DNA of 64,000 nucleotides from an uncultured Candidatus Saccharibacteria bacterium (GCA_964460855.1 CAYWQH010000005.1:2504-66503); one strand, 5' to 3'; positions 28,909 through 37,812 are shown, counted from the stretch's first letter. Numbers and translations are program-made. Notes: generated by a model from the letters alone, not told the origin.

Positions 28909-29739
28909 CTAAATCTTTAGTAGTAAATATACTCCAAAAATACCAATTACTAAAACAATTAACCCAAACAACAACACCTGTACCATGCCCTTGGTAATCG
29001 ATTTTTTACTAAGCGGGTTACGGCCGATGCTAATCAGGGCGTTACGTATACCGGAATATAAAATCGAAACGGTAATAAAGCCGGTAACCAGCAATATTCC
29101 CAAGCCTAGGTAAATACGCAGCGGGTTAACCGGTTTGCCGGCGATGGATTCGCTGGTTTTTCGCAAAAAATCAGGCAGAATGTCGTTACTTTTAAAACTG
29201 GGGTTGCGGCCGATGCTGACATCAACCGTGATGCGGCCTACCGAATTGCCGCTGCTGGTCTTTAAAATCGAGCCCTGCGAACCGTCAAAACTCTGCAGCG
29301 CCTTGCCAAAAATATACTTTTGGCTGGGCTGGGCTTTGGCGCCGATGCCATCAGAAACGGCTAAAGAAATATAGTCGTCTGGGGCGATATTGCCATTTTC
29401 GGTACTTACCAGCACCTGGTAGCGGCCGCCGGCGGCTACGAAAGTCCGTTGGCCGGTTTTCGTAAGGGTTACCGGGGCGTCGTTAGGGTCAACCACCACG
29501 CCATACATTTTATCCAAATGGTCACTGGTAGCCGCCACTATTTTGGTTGTATCCTTGGGGTCGAGCATTACGATCCGGCCTTTTTCGAGGGACTGGTCGC
29601 TGCCAAAACCTTGCACTACTGGCTGCTGGGCCCGGGCATGGCCAATTAGGGCGGCCGCAGCTATCAGCAGCGCCAAGCCGAATACGGCGGGCGTACGGTG
29701 CAAAAAAATATGACGAACCTTCTTTGTTATGGGGTTCAT
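28909..29739 (-). CDS. Secreted-domain protein with a C-terminal c-subunit-like 2-TM hairpin; first gene of the atp operon
   Basis: 276 aa. Signal/anchor, about 170-aa extracytoplasmic domain, then two TMs joined by the loop SIGRNPLSKK, which resembles the IARQPE loop of F-type c subunits. No Asp/Glu in the second helix. Confidence 0.5.
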   Translation of the reverse strand: MNPITKKVRHIFLHRTPAVFGLALLIAAAALIGHARAQQPVVQGFGSDQSLEKGRIVMLDPKDTTKIVAATSDHLDKMYGVVVDPNDAPVTLTKTGQRTFVAAGGRYQVLVSTENGNIAPDDYISLAVSDGIGAKAQPSQKYIFGKALQSFDGSQGSILKTSSGNSVGRITVDVSIGRNPSFKSNDILPDFLRKTSESIAGKPVNPLRIYLGLGILLVTGFITVSILYSGIRNALISIGRNPLSKKSITKGMVQVLLFGLIVLVIGIFGVYLLLKI

Positions 29740-29776
29740 ACTTGAGCTTAATTATAGCTGTTATGCTTACAAAAAC

Positions 29777-30919
29777 CTATAAGTGTAACGCTTTATTTAG
29801 CAATTTGAGCGTCAGGCTGATTTCGGCAGCCGTCGTTGGCCGGCCTAAGGTGAAGCGCAAGCTGCTTTGGGCGTCGGTGTCGCTAAAGCCCATTGCCTTA
29901 AGTACGTGCGACGGTTCGTCGCCGCTGGCGGCGCAGGCGCTGCCAGATGCGGCTTGCACGCCATACTCATCCAGCTGCATTATTAGCCTCTCGTTGTCCT
30001 GGCCGGCAAAAGTAACATGAATGTTATTTGGCGAACGCGGCTTGAGCGGCCCGTTAATTTTAGCTGCCGGCGTGATTTGCAATACCCCGTCAAAAAATTG
30101 TGACTGAAGTTTGGCCAGCCGGGAGGTTTCGGCCGGCCGCAAAGCCTGGGTTTTGACTAAAGCCGTGGCAAAACCTGCTACCGCCGCCACGTTTTCGGTG
30201 CCGCTGCGCACGCCCCATTCTTGCCCGCCGCCGTCTATCAAAGGCAGCAAGCTAATACCGGTTTTTACATATAGCGCGCCGGATTGCTTTGGGCCATAAA
30301 TTTTACTGCCATTTAAACTCATTAAATCGACGCCCAAACTGGCAACCTGGAGGTTAAAATAATTGGCGGCCTGGGCAGCGTCGGTGTGCAGCCAAACCGG
30401 CAGCTTTACGCCCCGCTCAAGGCGATCCTGCCGAACAGCATCAATTAGGCGGGCGATTTTGCTCATAGGTTGAACTGTGCCGACTTCGTTATTTACCAGG
30501 CCGATACTTACAAGTACCACATCGTCAGTTAGCTGCTTAGCCAGTTTGTCTAAAACGACCTGCCCCTTGGAATTAACTTCTACCAGATGGTGCTTGTACC
30601 GCGCTGCCGGTACAATTATTGATTCATGGTCGATGGCGCTAACCAGCACTTTTGCATCTGGATATTGTTCCATAACCCCTTTGATAGCCAGGTTATTAGC
30701 TTCGCTGCCGCCGGCCGTAAAAATAATTTCCGGGGCCCGGGCGCCCAGCGTTTGGGCCACTTGGGAGCGGTACTTTTCCAGCTCGAGATGAACTTTTTTA
30801 GCCGGCAAATAAATGGCCGATGGGTTATAAAACTCACGGCTAAAATACGGCTGCATGGCCGCTAAAACTTCGTCATCAAGAGGCGTCGCCGCCGCGTAGT
30901 CTAAGTAAATCTTTTTCAC
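29777..30919 (-). CDS. Cysteine desulfurase (class V aminotransferase, NifS/IscS-like)
   Basis: 380 aa. PLP-lysine context SLNGSKIYGPK. C-terminal catalytic loop ASGSACAAS. Confidence 0.85.
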   Translation of the reverse strand: MKKIYLDYAAATPLDDEVLAAMQPYFSREFYNPSAIYLPAKKVHLELEKYRSQVAQTLGARAPEIIFTAGGSEANNLAIKGVMEQYPDAKVLVSAIDHESIIVPAARYKHHLVEVNSKGQVVLDKLAKQLTDDVVLVSIGLVNNEVGTVQPMSKIARLIDAVRQDRLERGVKLPVWLHTDAAQAANYFNLQVASLGVDLMSLNGSKIYGPKQSGALYVKTGISLLPLIDGGGQEWGVRSGTENVAAVAGFATALVKTQALRPAETSRLAKLQSQFFDGVLQITPAAKINGPLKPRSPNNIHVTFAGQDNERLIMQLDEYGVQAASGSACAASGDEPSHVLKAMGFSDTDAQSSLRFTLGRPTTAAEISLTLKLLNKALHL

Positions 30920-31293
30920 TGCGCCGGTATGGCGTAGAGCTTGTCCAGCACGTGCGTTTTATACAAGTCTACCGCACGCTGAAAGCGGTCATATTCTTCT
31001 TTGCTGATCTGCTGGTAGCCATAGCCATCTTGTTCTTTGAGGATGCCGCTGGGCCGGACGTCGTAACGGGTGGTAACATACTGCGCCTTGCCGTTTTGGT
31101 CTTTCCATTCTTCGTGCCAAACCCAAGTGTGGCGGTCGAGGCAAAAGAATTCGCGGCGGTGGCCGGCCGGCACGGGGCCGAATAGCTGGCCGCCCAATTG
31201 GGCTTCGCGGCGGATCATCGCCCGGTAAAAGCCGGCTTGGCGGCTGTTTATTGCCTGTCGGCCGGCATTGCGGGTAAAAATATTATGAATCAT
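30916..31293 (-). CDS. Hypothetical protein
   Basis: 125 aa. Overlaps the upstream and downstream genes, so it is translationally coupled. No recognised motif. Confidence 0.5.
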   Translation of the reverse strand: MIHNIFTRNAGRQAINSRQAGFYRAMIRREAQLGGQLFGPVPAGHRREFFCLDRHTWVWHEEWKDQNGKAQYVTTRYDVRPSGILKEQDGYGYQQISKEEYDRFQRAVDLYKTHVLDKLYAIPAQ

Positions 31294-31933
31294 GGCGGAA
31301 AACCCCGGTATCGTCGTCTTTTTCCAGTTCGCCTAAAACCAGTCGAGGCTGCTTGGAATTTAGTTCCTCTAAATGCCTCTTATAGCCAGCATAATTAAAC
31401 GATTGTCGGTTAAGGTTATGGTTTGGTGCAATATCTTCGAATTCGGACATTATTCGTTTAGATGTCTGGTCGGCGTCAACCGGCGGCTCGGCCCGGTAAA
31501 GTTCGGCGGGCAAGGTTTTATTCAGGCTGGCCTGCTCCACCTTCTGGCGGGCTTCTTCGATTTGCCGGTCGCGCTCTTCGCCGGCTTGCTGGACATCTTC
31601 TACTTTATTTAATGCTTCAAGATAAGCGTCTTGGCTGGGGTTATTATCTTTGTGGTCCAGATATATTTGGTTACGGTCCACAACTAATGGCGCGTTTTGG
31701 TCAATTTGCGGCACTTCCAAATCGTTTTTGGACCAATTTTCCAATGATTTTTTATTCATAGGAGGTGGGACAGCTTTCGCATTTGTCCAACCGGAGTAGC
31801 CTTCGCGGCTACGGCCGCTAATCGTATCAAATAATTCCGGCTTCATTACAGAATAAAAATTCTCCGCTTGTACTGGAGCCGGCGGCGCTTCGCGCCCAAT
31901 TTTAAAGTTTGGTATAAAGCTCATAGCATGCAA
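31283..31933 (-). CDS. Hypothetical protein
   Basis: 216 aa, charged, with no TM. Confidence 0.5.
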   Translation of the reverse strand: MHAMSFIPNFKIGREAPPAPVQAENFYSVMKPELFDTISGRSREGYSGWTNAKAVPPPMNKKSLENWSKNDLEVPQIDQNAPLVVDRNQIYLDHKDNNPSQDAYLEALNKVEDVQQAGEERDRQIEEARQKVEQASLNKTLPAELYRAEPPVDADQTSKRIMSEFEDIAPNHNLNRQSFNYAGYKRHLEELNSKQPRLVLGELEKDDDTGVFRHDS

Positions 31934-31952
31934 AAGGCCCGGTACAACTTAC

Positions 31953-32729
31953 CTACGCGAGCGAAAACAGGTCTGAAGCGTTGCGGGACGTGTCGGAAGC
32001 CAGGGCTTCAAGAGTGGTCATGCGAAGATTAGCTAAAAATTCCGCCGTGCTCACAACATGCTTGGACTCGCATATCTTACCACGATAGGGTATAGGCGTC
32101 AAGAAGGGCGCGTCTGTTTCAAGGAGTAGTTTATTGGCCGGCACGGCTTTAGCGGCGTCTAATTGCTCTTCGTCTTTAGTAAAAGTCATAATCCCGTTTA
32201 ACCCAACGTAAAGATCCCTTTCGAGAATTTGGCCGAGTTCTTTCCGGTGGGCCGAAAAACTGTGTACTACCCCTGTAATTCTGGAACCTTTGTAACTATC
32301 GAAAATTTCCCAGAAATCGTCGAAAGCTTCGCGCACATGGAAAATAAATGGCAGGCCGGACTCCAGGCCGATTTCCAACTGCCGCCGAAACGCCTGCTTT
32401 TGGGCATCGCGGTCGGTGTTATCGTAATGATAGTCGAGGCCAATTTCGCCAACGGCTACGACTTTGGGCTGTTTTAATAAGTCCGCAAGCTTTGTATCAG
32501 CATTCTTATCCGTTAAATAATCGGCGCCGTCGTGCGGGTGGGCGCCCACCGCGGCCCAGGTTCCGGGCCTGTTATTAACAAAGTCAACAGCCCGCTGGCT
32601 ATCTGCCAAGCTGCAGCCGACACATATTACTTTTGTAACTCCAGCCTCTGAAGCATCTATTAAAACCTGGTCGGGATCCAGGCCGTAGTCGGCAAAATGT
32701 ATATGGGCGTGGGTATCGGCCAGCTGCAT
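31953..32729 (-). CDS. tatD: TatD-family metal-dependent hydrolase/DNase
   Basis: 258 aa. ADTHAHI start motif. EIGLDYH, HVREA and ETDAPFL blocks. Confidence 0.9.
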   Translation of the reverse strand: MQLADTHAHIHFADYGLDPDQVLIDASEAGVTKVICVGCSLADSQRAVDFVNNRPGTWAAVGAHPHDGADYLTDKNADTKLADLLKQPKVVAVGEIGLDYHYDNTDRDAQKQAFRRQLEIGLESGLPFIFHVREAFDDFWEIFDSYKGSRITGVVHSFSAHRKELGQILERDLYVGLNGIMTFTKDEEQLDAAKAVPANKLLLETDAPFLTPIPYRGKICESKHVVSTAEFLANLRMTTLEALASDTSRNASDLFSLA

Positions 32730-32730
32730 G

Positions 32731-34194
32731 TTATTTACTGGCGGGTGCGGCTGCTTCGGGGTGAATATTTGCTTTAGGAAAAAGCGGGCCTTTTAAGGGG
32801 CGGATAAAGCCGTCGCCAAATACGGCGCGGATTTCTTGAGCGGTAACCGGCATAAAGGGGTGCAGCATGTCGCTAATTTCCAACAAACAGCCGACCATGT
32901 AGGCTAAAACTTCTTTTAGGTGGTCGGGGTCGCTTTTGGCCAATTCCCATGGCTTTTCTTCGTCGATATATTGGTTTAAGCCCTTAACCTGCTCCCAAGC
33001 TTCGTCCAGGGCCCGGTCGAACCGGCAATCGGCGATTGCTTGCTGGAACTGGGCCAGGTCGTGGTTGGGCGCCGGCACGTCGCCGATTAGCCCGTCCTGG
33101 TATTTCTGGATCATAGCCACCGTGCGGCTAACGGCATTGCCTAATTGGTCGGCCAGTTCGTTGTTATAAGCAGCTTCGATACGGTCCCAGTTAAAATCGC
33201 CGTCTTCGTAAGATGGTATATGGCGCAGGAAGAAATAGCGGTAAACATCGGAATTGTATTTTTGCAGGATTTCGGCCGGCGTAACGTAATTGCCTTGGGA
33301 TTTGCTAAGCTTTTTACCGTTTAGCATTATGTGGCCGTGAACGTAAAGCAGTTTTGGTAATTGCAAACCAAGGCCAAGCAAAATGCCGGGCCAAATAGCG
33401 GCGTGGAAACGCAAAATATCTTTGCCGATAACCTGCACGTTGGCCGGCCAGAACATCTGGAATTCGTGGGTTTCGGGGTAGCCTAAAACCGTAATGTAGT
33501 TAAGCAGCGCTTCGAACCAGACATACATGACCTGGTCGGCATCGCCGGGTACCGGGATTCCCCAGCTGATTTTGGTTTTCGGGCGGCTGATGCTGATGTC
33601 TTCCAGCCCCGAATTAATCACCGACATTATTTCGTTGCGCCGGGTTTTGGGTACCACGCGGTACTTGCCGCTTTCGATGGCATGCTTGATTTGGTCGGTG
33701 TATTTGCTTAGGGCGAAAAAGTAGTTTTCTTCTTCGAGTTTTTCGTACTTGCGGTTGTGCAGTGGGCAGACACCATTATTGGCCTTAACGGTCGTTTCCG
33801 GGTAAAACTCTTCGCAGCCGGTGCAGTACCAGCCCACGTAAGTGCCTTTGTAAATATCTTTTTTGAGGTTTTGCCAAACTTGTTGGGAGCGCTTAATGTG
33901 CTGCTTGTCGGTAGTACGGACAAAGCGGTCGGCCGAAATATTTAAATCTTCTAAAAGCTTTTCGAAACTTTTAACCATTTTGTCGACGAATTGTTGGGGA
34001 GTCAGGTCCTGCTCTTTGGCTTTTTCGGCGATTTTGCCGCCGTGCTCGTCTGTTCCGGCCTGGAAAATAACCGGAGAGCCTTGCTGGCGCTGGTAGCGGG
34101 CAATGACGTCGGCCACGATCAAATCAATGGAGTTGCCAACATGCGGCTCGCTGTTGACATAAGGAATAGCCGTACAGATATAGAAATTACTCAT
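32731..34194 (-). CDS. metG: Methionine--tRNA ligase, minimal form
   Basis: 487 aa. HIGH-type PHVGNS, KLSKS, and zinc knuckle CTGCEEF...CPLH. No C-terminal tRNA-binding domain. Confidence 0.9.
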   Translation of the reverse strand: MSNFYICTAIPYVNSEPHVGNSIDLIVADVIARYQRQQGSPVIFQAGTDEHGGKIAEKAKEQDLTPQQFVDKMVKSFEKLLEDLNISADRFVRTTDKQHIKRSQQVWQNLKKDIYKGTYVGWYCTGCEEFYPETTVKANNGVCPLHNRKYEKLEEENYFFALSKYTDQIKHAIESGKYRVVPKTRRNEIMSVINSGLEDISISRPKTKISWGIPVPGDADQVMYVWFEALLNYITVLGYPETHEFQMFWPANVQVIGKDILRFHAAIWPGILLGLGLQLPKLLYVHGHIMLNGKKLSKSQGNYVTPAEILQKYNSDVYRYFFLRHIPSYEDGDFNWDRIEAAYNNELADQLGNAVSRTVAMIQKYQDGLIGDVPAPNHDLAQFQQAIADCRFDRALDEAWEQVKGLNQYIDEEKPWELAKSDPDHLKEVLAYMVGCLLEISDMLHPFMPVTAQEIRAVFGDGFIRPLKGPLFPKANIHPEAAAPASK

Positions 34195-34199
34195 CCGTT

Positions 34200-34426
34200 A
34201 TATCTTATCAAATCTGTTAGTTCGAGTCTTGGTAAACTTTCAGCTCTCAACTTTAATATCTCAACAAATTTTCAATTATCATTTATCACTTCACTATTGC
34301 ACAATTTATTTAACATTTGTCATTTGATATTTGAGTAAATGCAAAATGAAAAATAAATGAGCGATGATAGATGATAAATGAAAGCTGATTGCTTGCTGAA
34401 CGCTGACAGTTGATCGTTGAAAGCTT
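34200..34426. repeat. Intergenic repeat family, copy 2 (abuts the trehalase stop)
   Basis: caacaaattttcaattatca (34262-34281) is identical to 3316-3335. gcttgctgaacgctgacagttgatcgttgaaagctt (34391-34426) is the near-exact reverse complement of 38487-38524. Confidence 0.6.
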
Positions 34427-35652
34427 TAAAGCCAATCCTTTGCAAAACGTACAAATATTGCATTGGTCCAACCGAAACCGGTTTGGTTGGGGTATACACC
34501 TTCTACCGGTTCTTTCTTAGGATGGACGACATTATACTTTTCGATAAATTCGTGGTGCTTATTAAACCAGTCCAGGTTGGTGGCCAGCCACTTTTGGGCG
34601 ATACGGCGGGCGTCGCTTTCGTAGCCGTACTTTTTGAGCCCTTCGACCACCATAAACTGCAGCGGCGCCCAGCCATTAGGATAAGCCCATTGGATTGGTA
34701 TGGATGACGGCCAGCTGCTCATAATGCTGTTTTCGGTAGTTGATAAGCCGCCGCTATGTTCGAAACGCTTTAATTGCTTGGCCATCCGCTGGGCTTGCTG
34801 CGGCGTAGCCAGGCCGGCCCACATTGTATAATAGCCAGCCACCGAAGAAACCCGCCCCAAACGCTGCTTTTTGTAATTGTAGTCGTAATAAAAGCCACGG
34901 AGCTTGTCCCACATTAATTCGTACATGTTTTCGCGGCGTTTTTTTGCTACCTTGTGCCACTTAAGGGCCTCGGCGTCATTGCCTAAAATTTCGGCAGCTT
35001 TGGCAAAATCCATTTCGTATTTGTAAAGCAGCGCGTTTAAATCAACCGGTAAAAAGTCGAGGCATTTACGGCCAAACCGGTTGGTCATGTCCCAGCCGCT
35101 TTCGGCCTCGGCTAAATTATGAAGCATATTTATATCGTAATAGCGGCTCAGTCCCTTATAAACCCGCCTCCAGTTAGGGTGTTGGTCGAACATCCAAACA
35201 TGCTCATATTCTTGTTTAGCCAATTCGATCCGCTTGGCCAGCCATTTATTGCTAAAACCGCCCAAGTCGTAAACGTCAAAAATAAAGCTGGTTAAAAACG
35301 GCGGCTGGGAACGGCCGGTAAAGTATGTGCGGCTGGCGTTAGGAATTACATGGAAGCGCTCGAGCATGGCGCACAAATTATCGAGCATTCCGGCAACCAG
35401 CTCTTTATGCTCCTGGTCCAGCAAGCCCTGGATAATAAAATAGGTGTCCCAGTAATACTGTTCGTTAAAACCAAACGGCGCTGTTTCGTTATAGCCGGGC
35501 ACAAGATATTTATGCGGCAGCCCGACTAAAGTATGGTCGTCTTTGGGGTGGTAGCGCGTGAGCTTAGGCCAATACGCGTCTATATACTTTAAAGCCGGGT
35601 CTATATTTTGGGCGCTTAAAGCCTTATAGCTTTTGCTTTTTAGCAGTAACAT
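34426..35652 (-). CDS. Trehalase (glycoside hydrolase family 37)
   Basis: 408 aa. QYYWDTYF, GRSQPPFL, AESGWD, DLNALLY, YPNGWAPLQ, EKYNV, GFGWTNA. Confidence 0.85.
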   Translation of the reverse strand: MLLLKSKSYKALSAQNIDPALKYIDAYWPKLTRYHPKDDHTLVGLPHKYLVPGYNETAPFGFNEQYYWDTYFIIQGLLDQEHKELVAGMLDNLCAMLERFHVIPNASRTYFTGRSQPPFLTSFIFDVYDLGGFSNKWLAKRIELAKQEYEHVWMFDQHPNWRRVYKGLSRYYDINMLHNLAEAESGWDMTNRFGRKCLDFLPVDLNALLYKYEMDFAKAAEILGNDAEALKWHKVAKKRRENMYELMWDKLRGFYYDYNYKKQRLGRVSSVAGYYTMWAGLATPQQAQRMAKQLKRFEHSGGLSTTENSIMSSWPSSIPIQWAYPNGWAPLQFMVVEGLKKYGYESDARRIAQKWLATNLDWFNKHHEFIEKYNVVHPKKEPVEGVYPNQTGFGWTNAIFVRFAKDWL

Positions 35653-35882
35653 AAACCCTCGGTTATTTCTTTATGCTAGCTCTACTGTAAGGTCGGCCGG
35701 CACCTATCGTCAAGGACTTTAAAGCTTATGCTGATGACAAGTGCCACAGCCCGCAATATTTACACAGGTATGCTTTGAGCTTCGTGCCTTTTTGGTAGAG
35801 CAAGGTTGTGGCTGCCGCATCGGCCTGGCGCCGGGTATCAAATACTAGTTTGCCGTGGCAAGGCAGCTCCGTTTGGGGCTCC

Positions 35883-36056
35883 TCAGCCTTCAACGGATTT
35901 GCCAATTTTATATCCGAGCCATAAACCAGCTAAACTGCCGACGGCCGAAAATAAGATACTGGCCGCGCCCAAAAAGTTATGGTCGCCCCATAGCACTGGA
36001 ATATAGGCGCCAACTAAGCCGCCAACGGTTATGCCTATCCAGATAAGCATTTTCAT
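35883..36056 (-). CDS. Small membrane protein (57 aa), GlsB/YeaQ-like Gly-rich 2-TM
   Basis: Below the ORF-track cut-off. MKMLIWIGITVGGLVGAYIPVLWGDHNFLGAASILFSAVGSLAGLWLGYKIGKSVEG. Host-like composition. Confidence 0.5.
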   Translation of the reverse strand: MKMLIWIGITVGGLVGAYIPVLWGDHNFLGAASILFSAVGSLAGLWLGYKIGKSVEG

Positions 36057-36070
36057 AATGGCATTATAGC

Positions 36071-36499
36071 CTATATTGCTTTAGCTAACCTTTTGGCATG
36101 GGCAGCTAAATCGGCTTTAACAACTCTTGAAGAATCAATAATAACTACTTCTACCGCTCCACTAACCGCATTATGTCCAAAGGCACCTAAAGAATCATGG
36201 GTGCGCATAATTTGAGTTGGCGCTTCGCCTAAAGGCGAATCATCAATTTCCATATGCGGCGCTAAGCCGTCTTCAATATTCAGCCAAACTAACGGTGAGC
36301 CAACATACGTATATTCATTTGGTGCTTGATGGCCGTCGCGCGGAGAAACTATTTTCTGGATAAATTCTACTTTAACGAAAATCCCGAACAGTTTGCGGGC
36401 ATCATCTTCAAGTAATTCTTCAGGGGTTAAAAGCCGTTCGTCCTGGGTTTGCGGCAAGGCTGATTCGGTAGACTGTATTGATTCGATTATTTGGTTCAT
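36071..36499 (-). CDS. Hypothetical protein (AT-richer gene)
   Basis: Start trimmed to MNQIIESIQ (ATG at 36497-36499). The longer ORF-track version runs into the cassette D1 tail. Confidence 0.5.
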   Translation of the reverse strand: MNQIIESIQSTESALPQTQDERLLTPEELLEDDARKLFGIFVKVEFIQKIVSPRDGHQAPNEYTYVGSPLVWLNIEDGLAPHMEIDDSPLGEAPTQIMRTHDSLGAFGHNAVSGAVEVVIIDSSRVVKADLAAHAKRLAKAI

Positions 36500-36514
36500 A
36501 AACTTATTGGAGTT

Positions 36515-36918
36515 TTGGGAGGAAGTTTTTCGGGCGGGGGCCAGGCAATCGCTAAATCGCCCGGCCCCGTTGCCCATCCGCTACTGGCAGTGCACCGGCG
36601 TGACGTGCCAGCCGATGTCATCCAGGATGGCGTTGACATTGAGCACGTCGCCAAACAGGTCACGGACGTACTCCACGAACCTGTCGGCCTTGAAGTATTC
36701 GATTCCGCTGTGCTCTTTGTGGCCGTGGCCGTAGTCGAGCACATGGTATGCGACTTGCTCCAGGATCTGGTAAAGCTCCTGGTTGTCGCAGACCAGCTCG
36801 AGCTCTTGGCGGATGCCGCGAGCGGCATCGGTCCTGCCGAGCTTGACGGCGTCTTCCAGTTTGACGCCTAGCGTCACGGCTTGTTGTTGGTCACAAACCA
36901 TCAAGGGCTTCCTCCCAA
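36515..36918. repeat. 11-bp perfect inverted repeat bracketing cassette D1; the 3-prime arm is an anti-SD
   Basis: ttgggaggaag (36515-36525) and cttcctcccaa (36908-36918). On the minus-strand mRNA the 5-prime arm UUGGGAGGAAG contains the SD. The 3-prime arm lies just after the hairpin at 36537-36568. Confidence 0.75.
36581..36901 (-). CDS. Small acidic GC-rich ORF (106 aa), unknown function (cassette D1)
   Basis: GGGAGGA SD, ATG at 36899-36901. MVCDQQQAVTLGVKLEDAVKLGRTDAARGIRQELELV... No family recognised. Confidence 0.55.
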   Translation of the reverse strand: MVCDQQQAVTLGVKLEDAVKLGRTDAARGIRQELELVCDNQELYQILEQVAYHVLDYGHGHKEHSGIEYFKADRFVEYVRDLFGDVLNVNAILDDIGWHVTPVHCQ

Positions 36919-37013
36919 GTTGTAATGTGCTCCGTCCACGTTATTGCGGACAGAACCGGGTACTCAAATCTCTTCATTTCCCCGCCAAGAGATTTGTATT
37001 TAAATCCACTGGC

Positions 37014-37196
37014 CAGAAAACGAAAACCGGACTGTTGTAGCCCGGTTCTCTGTTTTTCTAATTTTTGATTGGCTTGGCGATATTTTTCGGAACTACAACT
37101 AAAGTGCTCGCCTAAGGAGCACAGTATTGATAATTCCAATCTTTTCCCGCGTAAAAGCCATGTATTTTTTATAACGCAGCGGGGCTCTCGGGTCAA
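37014..37196 (-). promoter_or_regulatory. Promoter plus about 150-nt AT-rich leader/sRNA ending in an intrinsic terminator, upstream of D1
   Basis: Minus strand: TTGACC (37191-37196), 17 bp, TATAAA (37168-37173). Hairpin aaccgg/ccggtt (37025-37047) followed by UUCGUUUUCU. The upstream segment aGTTGTAG can pair with the terminator loop CTACAAC. Confidence 0.4.
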
Positions 37197-37245
37197 TAGT
37201 AAAGTTACAAAACGTTAGTGTTTTGTGTATAAGTCTGAGTTAATT

Positions 37246-37678
37246 TCCGCAAGTACCCGGGCTGCCAGCGGCGCGGTCGTCCATGACCGCGCCGCCAGTT
37301 GGCAGTTCAGCGAGCAGCTGTGAAGGGCACGAGCGTCTCGGGCTGCGACAGCGCGAGTAGCAGGTAGTACGGGTTCACGCCGTCTTCGTACTGGTCCTTG
37401 ATGGACTGCAGCTCGTCGAGCTCGCGGCACGCCTGCGGGTAGCGGTGCATGTCGTCGGTAACGACGTGCACGTGCGGCGACTCAGCGGCCGTCTTGGTGA
37501 ACATCGCGAACTGGTCGATCTCCCGCCGCGTGGCGGTGATCTGGTCTTCCAGCCTCGACACGAAGTCCTCGCGAGCGAAATTTCCGGTTCGCGGGTCCTC
37601 AGCATCGAGCAGGTCAGCCAGCTGCTGATGCGCGTCCTGCGTCACTGGTTCTCCTTCTGTTCGAGGGGTACTTGCGGA
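37246..37678. repeat. 13-bp perfect inverted repeat bracketing cassette D2
   Basis: tccgcaagtaccc (37246-37258) and gggtacttgcgga (37666-37678) are exact reverse complements. The 5-prime arm lies about 10 nt upstream of the SD on the minus-strand mRNA. Confidence 0.8.
37307..37645 (-). CDS. Small acidic GC-rich ORF (112 aa), unknown function (cassette D2)
   Basis: GAAGGAGA SD, GTG start at 37643-37645. MTQDAHQQLADLLDAEDPRTGNFAREDF... Followed by an 11-bp GC hairpin (37268-37295). Confidence 0.55.
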   Translation of the reverse strand: MTQDAHQQLADLLDAEDPRTGNFAREDFVSRLEDQITATRREIDQFAMFTKTAAESPHVHVVTDDMHRYPQACRELDELQSIKDQYEDGVNPYYLLLALSQPETLVPFTAAR

Positions 37679-37728
37679 GTACCGGTAGCAAACTCCCCTT
37701 GCTGGGGAGTGCGACCATGTTGCAAATT

Positions 37729-37756
37729 ACTATATCATACTAATGTTTTATGTCAA
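37729..37756 (-). promoter_or_regulatory. sigma70-like promoter of cassette D2
   Basis: Minus strand: TTGACA (37751-37756), 16 bp, TATAGT (37729-37734). Confidence 0.5.
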
Positions 37757-37812
37757 TCAAGGTGCTTACGCTACAACCGGACAGTTATAATTAAATAAAA
37801 GGAGGTAGATTT

